A stretch of DNA of 64,000 nt from a bacterium (GTDB taxonomy: Bacteria; Electryoneota; Electryoneia; Electryoneales; Electryoneaceae): positions 3,552,001-3,616,000 of the forward strand of contig CAXXKJ010000002.1 in assembly GCA_963675295.2 (NCBI GenBank). Direction: 5' to 3'. A program made the translations under genes and the position numbers. Shown here piece after piece: positions 20,394-30,677 of the stretch. Position 1 is the stretch's first letter. The number at the start of each line of letters is the position of its first letter. Below the pieces are notes generated by a model. The model did not search any database. It was not told where the DNA came from and worked only from the letters and a program-made list of their open reading frames with translations.

Positions 20394-21347
20394 GGGGACC
20401 TCCCTTCAACTGGGTTCGACTTCACCCCCTTGTCGACGCCCAACTATCCCTCGAAAGTGAGTTTACGCACAGGCTAAGAAGCAAGGCAAGAGGAATTGTC
20501 AAAATGATAAAAATTAGTCATGCGATGGACTCCACCTCGTTGGGACAGCAGCGGTCCTCCCTGCCTCCGGTCGAGTTGCATACGTAAGACGCTTTAGTTA
20601 TTTTTGGAATATTCTGATATTTCGGTTCTAATAATTGATGAGAAATATCGGCTTCACCTGTCAGTACGATGTTGGAATCCGAAGAGGACGGAATGAGTGA
20701 ACGGGAGCACTTGGGGTGTCGCGAAGCGAACCTGTTGAAACGTAAGAATTTGCATTAGACTAATACGTTTCGCCTCTGGGAGCGCGAATTCCCGAATATC
20801 AAAAATTGAATTGCATTGACGCAACTGGATCGTTATCCTTTTTGTCCCGAGTAAGGGGAACCTTATTTTTTGAGTGGCTGTTGTCAGCGGCGAACAGAGT
20901 TGAACGCGTACAAGGGGTTCCACACACCACCTTCCAAACCAGCCGCTGAAAGATGTCAGCCGATACGTGAGGACCAGCCAAACTGGATTGTTGCCACCAC
21001 ATGACGAGAAGCTCTCACGGAATTCGAGAGCAGTAGATCAAGCCCGAACATTTTCTTGCTTTTCTTAAACATTTCAAACGATTTAGCAGTTACGAGCGTT
21101 TTGGCATGAGCTTTGATTTTTCGATAGACGTGGAGGAATAAACATCGTTCACGAACGAAAAACCTCCGGAGCAGGGTAACGAGTTTTGTTGGAACGTTGA
21201 GTTCTGGTTGAGGGTACCCGGAACGAAGATGCTCCGGTTTTCATTCCCGGGACACGAGACCAGGTAACAGTAGTTCGGTTTAAGCCTGTAGGGTTAAACC
21301 CGATCAAGTAGCCAGTCAAGGTAGTTAGATCCAGGAGAGAACAAGAG

Positions 21348-23594
21348 ATGAAAAACCATTGGTTGTTGCTTTTCTGCCTTCTGTTCGTCGTTGGTACCGC
21401 CTTCGCGCAGACTCCGCCGCGCGCGTTGCTCGGTTCGTTTGACGATCAGACCGGCGCAGTCGATCTGATGTGGTCGGTTCCGACCAGTGAATCCGAATGG
21501 ATGGAAGATTTTGAAGATGGTACCGCGGATGATTTCTCTTACGACAACGCTGCGAACTGGATGGTTTCCGGTGGCATGCTGTCGGGTACCTTCACCCCGG
21601 CCTCCTCGGCTGACCAGTGGGAAGCTGCTTCCTACTCGGGCATGACCTGGGGCGACGGCATCTTCGAAGCCGAAATGACCCGTTCGCAGGGTACGGACAC
21701 GTTCTCGCTGGGTACCTTCGTTCATGGTACTGGCGCGTACGATGCGACCTACAGCGGTTACATGTTCAACATCGCTCCGTCGGCGAGCCTCGGTGGTGCG
21801 ATCTTCGTCGCCCAGATTAACTCTGGCGTGGTTGGCACTGTTTACGCGTCCTGGGTGGATGCCGACATGAACCTCGGCGTTGGCGCGACCAACAACGTGG
21901 CGATTGTTGCTGATGGTAGCGATTACTACATGTTCATCAATGGTGCTGAAGTCTTTGCGTTCACCGACTTCATGTACACCACGGGTGAATTCGGCGTTGG
22001 TTTCGCGGAAGATATCGCGGTAACCGGTGCTGTCGATTACGAATACATGGCGTATGATGGTGGCATGACTGTCGCGACCAACATGGTTCCGCAGGAAGGT
22101 GGCATCATTGGTATGGCTGACGCGATGCGTCTGCCGGAAGGTTTCCGTGGCCAGCAGACGAAGTCGCAGGTCAAGGGCCTCCTGTATGCCAACGGCGTGT
22201 TCCAGGGTCAGAGCCAGAACGTGACGGACGACTTCATCGAGTTCCGTGTTTATCGTGATGGTACGTTCCTCGACGCCACGACCAACACCAACTACAGCAC
22301 CAACCTTCCGGGCTTTGGTGCGTTCGACTTCACCGTGACCGCGTTCTTCGATGAAGGCGAATCCGATGCGATTGGTCCGTACTCGGTGAACTGGCTGGAT
22401 CCGTCGTTTGTCCGTCTGAGCGAGAACTTCGACGACGGTCTCCCGGGCGACTGGATGGTTGAAACCACGATCGCTTCCGGTACCTGGCAGCTTGATGATG
22501 GTACCCTTCCGAACAGCCGCGGCATCTTCGCGACGCCGTACATGCTGGTTGACTCCGACTATCCGGGCAGTGGCGTCCACCTGATGGAACGTCTGATCAC
22601 GCCGGAAGTCAACGTCGACAACTCGACCTACAAAGAGTTCAGCTACCGTTACTATTTCGAAGAATACGAAATGGAACAGATGGACGTTCAGTGGTCCATC
22701 GACGGTGGTTCGAACTGGAATACGATTGTCACGTACGATGCGACCAGCGGCCCGGCGGTTGAGACGTTCGACGTTTCCGCTCCGCTTGATGGTCAGCCGT
22801 CCGTGTGGTTCTCGTGGTACTATGATGACCTCGGTAGCTGGGGTTGGTACGCCGCGGTTGATGATGTCCAGGTTTACTGCGAAGGCGAAGCTGGTCCTGT
22901 GACCCTCGACCTGATGCCGACGAACGTCGACATCCCGGTTGGCGGTGGCGATGTGGTTTATGATGCCAGCGTTGTCAGCACCATCGGTGCTTCGATGATG
23001 GGTCTGCGTTACCAGACCTTCGTGACCATCCCGAACCAGCAGGTCTTTGGTCCGCTGTCGAACATCCCGTGGAACCTGACTCCGTTCATGGATGTTACGG
23101 TTACCGGTCTGACGCAGTCGATCCCGGCCAACGCTCCGGCTGGCGACTATGTCTTCACCGGCATTGCCGGCGTCCCGAACAACCCGAACCTTCAGATCTC
23201 CGACAGCTTCAACTTCAACAAGGCTGGCGCTGCGGCTGATGGTACGTTCGAATTCAACCCGGAAGACTGGGCTGCCACCGGTTCGTTCATTATTGCTGAC
23301 GATGCGGCGCAGACGGTTGAGCTGCCGAAGGAATTCGCTCTGCAGCAGGCGTATCCGAACCCGTTCAACCCGACGACCAACGTCGCGGTTGCCCTGCCGG
23401 AAACGGCTGACCTCAAGGTCACCGTCTTCAACGTGATGGGCCAGCAGGTTGCGACCCTCGCGAACGGCCAGATGAACGCCGGTACGCACAGCTTCGTGTT
23501 CGACGCTTCGCACCTCGCCAGTGGCCTGTATTTCATCCAGGCGCAGGTCCCGGGTCAGCTGAACGCGATCCAGAAGGTCACCCTGATGAAGTAA
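21348..23594 (+). CDS. Abundant secreted protein (lectin-like and cleaved-adhesin-like domains, Ig-like domain, T9SS-type-A-like CTD)
   Basis: Signal peptide; EDFEDG, FRVYRDG and ENFDDGLP.DW motifs; AYPNPFNP...IQKVTLMK; strongly biased codon usage. Confidence 0.88.
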   Translation: MKNHWLLLFCLLFVVGTAFAQTPPRALLGSFDDQTGAVDLMWSVPTSESEWMEDFEDGTADDFSYDNAANWMVSGGMLSGTFTPASSADQWEAASYSGMTWGDGIFEAEMTRSQGTDTFSLGTFVHGTGAYDATYSGYMFNIAPSASLGGAIFVAQINSGVVGTVYASWVDADMNLGVGATNNVAIVADGSDYYMFINGAEVFAFTDFMYTTGEFGVGFAEDIAVTGAVDYEYMAYDGGMTVATNMVPQEGGIIGMADAMRLPEGFRGQQTKSQVKGLLYANGVFQGQSQNVTDDFIEFRVYRDGTFLDATTNTNYSTNLPGFGAFDFTVTAFFDEGESDAIGPYSVNWLDPSFVRLSENFDDGLPGDWMVETTIASGTWQLDDGTLPNSRGIFATPYMLVDSDYPGSGVHLMERLITPEVNVDNSTYKEFSYRYYFEEYEMEQMDVQWSIDGGSNWNTIVTYDATSGPAVETFDVSAPLDGQPSVWFSWYYDDLGSWGWYAAVDDVQVYCEGEAGPVTLDLMPTNVDIPVGGGDVVYDASVVSTIGASMMGLRYQTFVTIPNQQVFGPLSNIPWNLTPFMDVTVTGLTQSIPANAPAGDYVFTGIAGVPNNPNLQISDSFNFNKAGAAADGTFEFNPEDWAATGSFIIADDAAQTVELPKEFALQQAYPNPFNPTTNVAVALPETADLKVTVFNVMGQQVATLANGQMNAGTHSFVFDASHLASGLYFIQAQVPGQLNAIQKVTLMK

Positions 23595-23617
23595 GCTTCA
23601 TCATCAGATGATCATTC

Positions 23618-23651
23618 AACGGGATCCCGCATGTGCGGGGTCCCGTTTTTT
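23618..23651 (+). terminator. Rho-independent terminator
   Basis: AACGGGATCCCGC-ATGT-GCGGGGTCCCGTTTTTT. Confidence 0.85.
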
Positions 23652-23825
23652 CTTGCCCGGGCAGAATCTGCCTGCTTCCCTCGACTTCCACGACTTGCTC
23701 TCAGTTGTACGTAAACACCCATTTCTTCCGAACAATCCACCAAACTCATTACTATTACAGCGGTTAGACCGTTACCCTGAGACATCATCGCAATCCGGGC
23801 TCTGAATTCCTCGCCAACTGGGCAT

Positions 23826-23841
23826 TGGAACAGGAGTTGCT
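23826..23841 (+). promoter_or_regulatory. Candidate sigma-54 promoter for the TagF-like operon
   Basis: TGGAACAGGAGTTGCT = GG-N10-GC, about 50 nt upstream of the ATG at 23891. Confidence 0.45.
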
Positions 23842-23890
23842 CACGTTTCAGTGGATCATAGTCTCGGAATACGAAGCGAACTGGAGAATC

Positions 23891-25927
23891 ATGCTTCGCG
23901 CGATTGTTCATCTGCACCGGGCGTCGCACTTGCCGCATGCGATTCCGCTGCTGCACGTGCTGCGCCAAGCGAAAAACTGGCAGTTGGTGGTAACGCGTTC
24001 GGCGTACGACGCTGCGGAGAAGGTTGGCCTGCCGCCGTTGTACGAGGAGCGCCTGCACCGGCTGGGGCTGCGTGTGCTGCCGCTCGACGAAGCCGGGCCG
24101 GCGGATATCTGTTTCACGTTCGAACCGGTGCGTGAGCTCGTCGGCTGCGCGGACAAGATCGTACAGCTCCCGGCAAGTTTGATCGGGAAAGGGCTGCGTT
24201 ACGGTGGCGGCAGCACGGTCGCCCGTGACAACCTCGCCGACCTGCAGATCGTGCCGGGCCGGTGGCACGCCGACCGGATGCAACGCAGTGGTGGAGTCTT
24301 CGTGCCGGTGATCGCGGCTGGTTTGCCGGCTCTTGACCCGATCCTCGGCGGGTGGGTCGCGCAACGGGAAGTATTGCGCCAGCAGCTGCGGATCGAACCG
24401 CACCAAAAGGCAATCCTCTACGCGCCGACGTGGAATCCGGAACTGTCCTCCGCCCCGCTATTGTGGACACGGGTTCGCGCCTTGGCGACACCTGAGCGGG
24501 TGCTGATACTGCGGCCGCATCCGTATCTGCCGGACGAATATCAGCAGGCGTGTGCCGACCTCGAGAAGGGCGACGCGAACATCCGTGTCGCGCGCGAGCC
24601 GGACCTGCAGCCGTACCTGCACGTGGCGGATGTGGTCATCTCGGACCTCTCCTCGGTGGCGTGGGAAGCGGCGGTGCTGGACAAGCCGGTGGTGCGTTTC
24701 GACACGCCGAACCATCGTGAATACACACAGTTCGACGACAGCGACCCCGAGTACAAGCTGACGGACATCGGACCGGTGGCGCGTACGCTGGACGAGCTGC
24801 GCGCGGCGGTGGATCAGGCGCTGGCGGAACCGCTGCGTGGAGCGGAACAGCGCAGAGCGGTGCGCGACCAACTGCTCGCGGACACGCAGGGAACAGCCTG
24901 CGCGCGCATCTTGCAGGCGGCAGGTGAGCTGGTGCAGCAGGATGCGTCGTCAGCCGCGACAAATCAGGCAACGGTCAATGTGCTGGTCGATGCGCGGGGA
25001 GCGTCGCTGAACGCTGTCGATGGCACGATTGAGGCGGTGCTCGATCGTGGCCGGGAACCGGCTGCGGTTCATCTGCTTGGCGTGGCGAATTTCTCGCCGG
25101 ATGTCATCTCCGGGTGGGAGACTCGTTGGCCGGGACGAGTACGCACCGATCAACTGCCAAAACAACTGGCGGCGGACCCCAAGGCGCACCTGTTGCTGCT
25201 GAAAGCGGGTACGGTCGGGACGCACGGCTGGCTGTTCCGTCTCGTGAACCATGTGCGGCGTCATGCGGGGTTGGATGCGGTCGCGCCGCTGGCGGTCGGT
25301 GGACGGCCGGTGCAGGAACCGGACGTCCGCATTCAACAGGGTGATGGGATTGATCCGGCGTATGAGTCGCTTGACGCTCGTCTCCAGTTTCACCAGGCAG
25401 GCGAGCTGCTTGAGCCGACGCAGGCGCCTGCGCCGGACGCCATTCTGCTGCGTACCGGATCGCCGCTGACCACCGCGTTATTGCCTCGTTGGCGCAAACG
25501 CGAGTGGCCGGACACAGCGGAAAAGATCCCAGTCGGCATTGCGCCGGATGTGGTGCTCGAGTTCAGCGGACGGCGAGTGGATGTGACCCGCGTAGCAACA
25601 TCGCTAAACGAGGATGATCGTGCCCGTGCGGAAGAACGGGTGCGTGAGTTGAGCCAGTGGATTCAACGTGGCATGCCGCAGCGGATTCGGAACGTGAAGG
25701 CGGATGCGATTGCACAACCCGCCGCAGTGACACTTGATCCCGCAACTCTGCCCGGCCCGTTACGGCTGGCGCATCACTACATCGAGCAGGGCAAGCTGGA
25801 CCGTGCCGGGAAATTGCTCGAACGCGTATTGCATGAGTCCCCCGGCGATCCGGCGGCGATACAATTCGCACGGCAGGCGGGGATTTCGGTCAACGGATTC
25901 GTTTCGGCGACGGGAGGCCGGTCATGA
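23891..25927 (+). CDS. CDP-glycerol glycerophosphotransferase (TagB/TagF-like) domain with degenerate GT2-like and TPR-like C-terminus
   Basis: ILYAPTW, LRPHP, DVVISDLSSV.WEA..LDKPVV; C-terminal LAHHYIEQGKLDRA..LLERVL. Confidence 0.8.
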   Translation: MLRAIVHLHRASHLPHAIPLLHVLRQAKNWQLVVTRSAYDAAEKVGLPPLYEERLHRLGLRVLPLDEAGPADICFTFEPVRELVGCADKIVQLPASLIGKGLRYGGGSTVARDNLADLQIVPGRWHADRMQRSGGVFVPVIAAGLPALDPILGGWVAQREVLRQQLRIEPHQKAILYAPTWNPELSSAPLLWTRVRALATPERVLILRPHPYLPDEYQQACADLEKGDANIRVAREPDLQPYLHVADVVISDLSSVAWEAAVLDKPVVRFDTPNHREYTQFDDSDPEYKLTDIGPVARTLDELRAAVDQALAEPLRGAEQRRAVRDQLLADTQGTACARILQAAGELVQQDASSAATNQATVNVLVDARGASLNAVDGTIEAVLDRGREPAAVHLLGVANFSPDVISGWETRWPGRVRTDQLPKQLAADPKAHLLLLKAGTVGTHGWLFRLVNHVRRHAGLDAVAPLAVGGRPVQEPDVRIQQGDGIDPAYESLDARLQFHQAGELLEPTQAPAPDAILLRTGSPLTTALLPRWRKREWPDTAEKIPVGIAPDVVLEFSGRRVDVTRVATSLNEDDRARAEERVRELSQWIQRGMPQRIRNVKADAIAQPAAVTLDPATLPGPLRLAHHYIEQGKLDRAGKLLERVLHESPGDPAAIQFARQAGISVNGFVSATGGRS

Positions 25928-27045
25928 AAAGCGCGCCGCGCATTCTGTTTTATATCAAGCGCAACCTGCACCTGCCGCATGTCGAACCGATCCTGCGCTG
26001 GATGGAGACACAAACGCCCGAGGTCCAGGTGCGGGTTTCCGCGCCGCCGTGGATTGCGCCCACCGAGGGCCTGCCCGGCACCGGCCTGACCGCGACCGAA
26101 ATCGAGGCGGTCAAGGCGAAAGGGCTGGAATGGTTGCCATACGACGAGATCGCGGACTGGTCGCCGGACGCGACGATCATGGCGGACGCTGATTACGCCG
26201 GGCTGCATTGGCCGGGCAAGCTGGTCAATGTCAACCACGGCCTGATCTCGAAGGGCTGGTATTACACGAACAAGCCCGGTGTGCAACGCGAGAACCAGGG
26301 CGATCTGATCTGTGTGCCGGGTCCGTACCACGCCGAAGTTTTGACCCCGATGCTGAGCAAGCCGGTGGTCGCGACGGGGCTGGTCAAATTCGATCCGGTC
26401 GGGCGCGGTGAGCTCACGCAGCAGTCCGCGCGGACGATGCTCGGTCTGCCGCTCGCGGCGGAGGTGGTGCTGCTCGCGCCGACGTTCAACATGGAGCTGT
26501 CCGCGGTGCCCGTGCTGGCCGACCGTGCGCGGGAGCTGGTGCATGCGGCGGCGGGACGGGGGGAACGTCACCTGCTGATCAAGCTGCACGGCATGGCGCC
26601 GCCGGTGTGGCAGGAGATGTACCGGCTGCTGGCGGCGTTGGAGCAGCGAATTCACTACGTCGACAGCCCGGACCTGACGCCGTCCCTGATGGCGGCGAGT
26701 GTGGTCATCTCGGACGTGTCGAGCGCGTACATGGAGGCGATCGCGTTGGATCGGCCGGTGGTGCTGGTCGACAACCCGTTGCAGACACGCTACTTCAACT
26801 ACGATCCCAACGACATCGAGTACCGTTGGCGGGATGTCGGCATACGGGCGAAGACGGCGGACGATGTCCTCGCGGCGGTGGACCACTGCTTCGCGCATCC
26901 GGAGGAAAAGGTCGATGCGCGGCGTACCTACGGCCGGAAACTGGTTGGCGCGATTGACGGGCGGGCGTCAGAACGGGCCGCGCTGGCGATTCTGACACTG
27001 CTGGAACGGGAAGAACTGGTGATGAAGGCCGCGGCGAACGGCTGA
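25924..27045 (+). CDS. CDP-glycerol glycerophosphotransferase family protein
   Basis: VNHGLISKG, LLAPTFN, IKLHG and ISDVSS.YMEA..LDRPVV; ATGA overlap with the upstream gene. Confidence 0.85.
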   Translation: MKSAPRILFYIKRNLHLPHVEPILRWMETQTPEVQVRVSAPPWIAPTEGLPGTGLTATEIEAVKAKGLEWLPYDEIADWSPDATIMADADYAGLHWPGKLVNVNHGLISKGWYYTNKPGVQRENQGDLICVPGPYHAEVLTPMLSKPVVATGLVKFDPVGRGELTQQSARTMLGLPLAAEVVLLAPTFNMELSAVPVLADRARELVHAAAGRGERHLLIKLHGMAPPVWQEMYRLLAALEQRIHYVDSPDLTPSLMAASVVISDVSSAYMEAIALDRPVVLVDNPLQTRYFNYDPNDIEYRWRDVGIRAKTADDVLAAVDHCFAHPEEKVDARRTYGRKLVGAIDGRASERAALAILTLLEREELVMKAAANG

Positions 27046-28498
27046 ACGGCGACTCAACCACGGAATACACGGAATAAACGGAACTGACTAACTGACGACG
27101 GGTGGCCCGGGGCTTTAGCCTCGGGTCTCACATCCGTTCGAGCTGTGAGCCGTGAGCGATGAGCAGTGAGCAAACCAACAGGGGACATCTGGCGGTACTT
27201 GCGGACGGTGGATCGGTGCGTTGAGGTTGGATCGCTATCCGACGTGGATTCAACGTGACTACAGGTTCTGTGCCGACAGGTGTCCCCGGAATCTTCAGAC
27301 AAGCCTTGCTGGCGGAGCCATCAGGGGCACATTTTTCAAGATGCCCGCAGGAGCTTCAGTTGGCTACCGCGGCTTACGGACGGTTGACCCCTACGAACCG
27401 CCGAAACAGACCGTCGGGTCACACGGACATGAGCGGACAGATTCACTCCTTGCTGAAGCTGAGGCTATCGCCGGGGACGAACCCATACCCTCCCGCTGCG
27501 GCACGGACAGTCATCCGGTAGTCGCCGACGGGTAGTCCGCCGGGAACGGTCAATCCGAGATCGGGCCAGGTCAGCCACTCGCCGTTGGTGACCGTCATGC
27601 GACGGTGCCAGACACGGGCGCGGTTGCCGTTCGGGCCGGTGACGTCGGCCCACAGATGGCCGTTAATCGGCTGCGGGAACTGGTTGTAGACCATGCCGTC
27701 GAAGACGACCTCGCCGCCGGCGGACGGAACCGTCGTATGACGAGGAACCAAACGGATGATGAATTGCGGCGGGTCATTGGACGGGTTTTCGTACCAGTAG
27801 ATGTGTTCGTTGAACAGGTCGATGTCGCCGTCGTTGTCGGTGTCGGCTTTCTCGAGGATCTCGAAATCGTAGGGATCGTCGGGTTCGAATTGCTGCTGGA
27901 CGAAGGTCTCGTCATCGCCTTGATTGACGAAGAAGATCCCGCCAACTGCTACGTCCATATCGCTGTCGCCATCGATGTCGAGCATACGAAGGGGCCGTGA
28001 GGCATTCATTTCTTCATGGTCAATTGGATACAGTATTGTGTGGCGTGAAAATGCCATGCCGCCTTGATTTTCCCACCAGGCAATCTCACCAAACCAAAGT
28101 GTTGTAAATGCATAACGTTGTGTGACGAAATCAAGGTCGCCGTCCCCGTCAAAATCGTCGATATCGTAGTAATCGAAGAAAAACGCGAATCCGCCGGGAA
28201 GTGGATCGAGTTCGATCGAAGTCCACCCATTGGCGGAACCGAAGTGAGCTTCCAGACCGTCCTCGGTAGCCATCAGGAAATCAAGCCAGCCATTCCCATC
28301 GAAATCGACGAGCTCTGAGGGACGGGTACCGCCAAGACTTGTGTTTACCTCAATCTCGAAGGTGCCGTCTGGTTGTTGCAGCCAGAGGTGAATCGCACCA
28401 ATCAGATCTGGATCAGGACCAAACCGGGTCAAGAAATCGATATCTCCGTCGTTGTCAAGATCGCCGGGGTGGATCGTGCCAATGTTTTCAACATGTGT

Positions 28499-29033
28499 AA
28501 TGAAATAAACTACCCCGCAGCAAGCTACGGGGTATCGACTACTCACAGCTCAAGTCGACTTTGATGTAGCGGCTGGTAGTTAGCTTCTGTACCTTGGTTC
28601 ATAACGTATTTTCTGATTGTATTTTCGTCACCGTGCGGACCTACGGTGGATATATAATAACCTTTTGTCCAAAATTCCCCACCCCAGAGCTGCTTTTTAA
28701 CTTTGGGTTGTCGGATAAACATCTCTCGTGCTGTTATGCTCTTTATAGTTCGTACTAATTTTGTAGCACTCATGGTTGGCACGGATTGCACTAAGAAATG
28801 CACATGATCTCTATCTATTCCAATTTCTATAAATTCTATTTCATAACGTTTTTGGATTTCAAAGCAGATATCCTTTAATGTTAAATCTATCTCAGGTTCA
28901 TCAAATACAACACGACGGTATTTCGCTACACATACAAGATGGTATAGCAATATCGATACGTTGTGTTGTTTTCGGATCAGCTCAGACATTCCACAAGAAA
29001 CCAACTGCAGCTGGCCGAAGCAAGCTTCGGGGC
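28499..29033 (-). mobile_element. IS200/IS605-family insertion sequence (tnpA only, 535 bp)
   Basis: Subterminal hairpins CCCCGCAGCAAGCTACGGGG and CCGAAGCAAGCTTCGG. Inserted 3' of TTGAT on the minus strand, with no target duplication; AT-rich. Confidence 0.88.
28543..28989 (-). CDS. tnpA: IS200/IS605 Y1 HUH transposase
   Basis: YHLVCVAKYRR, DHVHFL (HUH), LWGGEFW..GYY and IRKYV (catalytic Tyr). Confidence 0.95.
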   Translation of the reverse strand: MSELIRKQHNVSILLYHLVCVAKYRRVVFDEPEIDLTLKDICFEIQKRYEIEFIEIGIDRDHVHFLVQSVPTMSATKLVRTIKSITAREMFIRQPKVKKQLWGGEFWTKGYYISTVGPHGDENTIRKYVMNQGTEANYQPLHQSRLEL

Positions 29034-29882
29034 ATCAACCGCACTGGAGTGAATTCGATACTCGGGATAGCCAAGATTTTCCAACCAACCGACTGAAATC
29101 ACATCTGGAGTCGAACCAAGGATCCAGCCATTGAAGATGTAATCCTGGTCGCCGTCTGAGTCTAAATCAGTCATTGCCGACCGGTAAAAATAGGCGGAAT
29201 CCGAGATCTCGTCGTCGTGGTGAAGAACCCAGTCTTCCGGTAACGTGTTCTCCACGATACGGAAATGGGAGCGAAGTATGATGGGATCAAGGTCGCCATC
29301 GAAGTCGACGTCATCCATCCCAAGATAGCCGCCGCTGGCACTCATAGCACCAGTCGGCAACTCATGTCGCTCCCACTGGGCATGGGATGGCAGGGACAGC
29401 AACAGTGTGATCAGCAGGATGAGGGGAAGTGTGAGCAGAAAGCGTGTCATTGTGGACCTCAATGGAACCGTGATGGGTCAATATACGACGGGAGAGTGGG
29501 CGCTGGTGCCCGTGATTGTCCGTCACGTGTGTTTGTGACGGCTATCGCGGGTCATCCGAGGGTGGATCAACCCGTCCATCAGAGGCACGTGAGAGCTTCG
29601 GATCAGCCCTGTGAACCGCGCGCACAGACGCGCGAGTCACAGGGGCATTCACTTGCGGATGATCCGCGGTAGCGAACAGAAGCTCCCGCGGTCATTGGTG
29701 CTGCACACGGTCATTCAACGGTTGATGATCCACGACATGAATGTCGTGGGCATCAGGCGGGGACACTTTGGGGACAATGTGTCCCCCGTATTTATCCAGC
29801 TCCCGTTCGTCCGCGTTTGCAAGCAAACACGGGCACTTCTTTTCCTCACACCTCACACCTCAAACCTCACACCTCATACCTG

Positions 29883-30461
29883 TCAATCATCCAGGCTCCC
29901 TTCCATGTACGGTTTGAGGCGTTCGTGGAGGAAGTGATGCCAGACGCCGTCGACGATACCGGCCAGCTCTTCGTCGATCTGGCCGACGATGTGTGCCTCG
30001 ACGGTGACGCGTGTGCTGTCCGATGTCGCGTCGCCGGACGCTCCGGGCTCGACCTCTTCCCCATCGGCGCTGACCGAAGTGAAGGTGATTGTGCTGACCA
30101 TATCCACCGCGAGGCCGCTGAGGCCGAACGGGCCGTGCAGGCGCAGCAGTTTGCCGGGCATGGCCATGATGACGCGGGCGTGTTCAACGGTCCCCTGCCC
30201 GTTGGACATTTTCTCGTAGAATTGGCCGCCGGCGTACGGGTCAATGCGGAGCACGTCCGGGTTTTCCGACATCGAATGGTCCCACCAGGGGCGGATGTCG
30301 CCGGTGAAGGTGGTGAACGCGTCCATCGGGGTGCCCGGGACGGTCACGGTTTGCGTGATGGTGAAGCCGTTGATCTCGAACGTTTCGGTTTTGGCGTAAG
30401 CGGTGGTAACGGCGGCGATTGCCAGCAGGACAAGGACGACGGCGGAACGTTTGTTTTTCAC
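29883..30461 (-). CDS. Secreted SRPBCC/Aha1-like domain protein
   Basis: Signal peptide; FT.DI..WW, GGQFYE, PGKLLRL.G and W..FL..RLK.Y.E. Confidence 0.75.
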   Translation of the reverse strand: MKNKRSAVVLVLLAIAAVTTAYAKTETFEINGFTITQTVTVPGTPMDAFTTFTGDIRPWWDHSMSENPDVLRIDPYAGGQFYEKMSNGQGTVEHARVIMAMPGKLLRLHGPFGLSGLAVDMVSTITFTSVSADGEEVEPGASGDATSDSTRVTVEAHIVGQIDEELAGIVDGVWHHFLHERLKPYMEGSLDD

Positions 30462-30677
30462 GGGGATCTCCTCTCGTGGTCGAGTTGAAGGGAAAATAGG
30501 GGGTGAACCGGAGCATCGCGAGATGTAGTTTCATGCCTCGTGGAAAAAATCGTGCAGTGACCCCTGTCACTGGTTTTTCAGACTTTCGGTCTTTACTTCC
30601 CTCTTCCGATCCATCAATTTTTCACGGGAAGAGGCATGCAACCCTTTGCGATAGACACTGTACTTCGGATAGCCGCT

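Larger units (their letters stand above)
27443..29450 (-). pseudogene. FG-GAP/VCBS-repeat secreted protein interrupted by an IS200-type element
   Basis: The 5' part (29450-29034: signal peptide, DxDxDGDxD repeats) and the 3' part (28498-27443) rejoin in frame (..SSAV-D-THVENIG..) when 28499-29033 is removed. Confidence 0.85.

Noticed and set aside
21294-23513. 739-aa antisense ORF (likewise 43068-44948, 36128-37735, 8903-10180, 25777-26898)
   Set aside because: Shadow ORFs produced by GC-rich codon bias of real genes on the opposite strand; no recognisable motifs
28499-29033. TnpB/omega RNA-guided system
   Set aside because: The element contains only tnpA between its hairpins, with no room for tnpB
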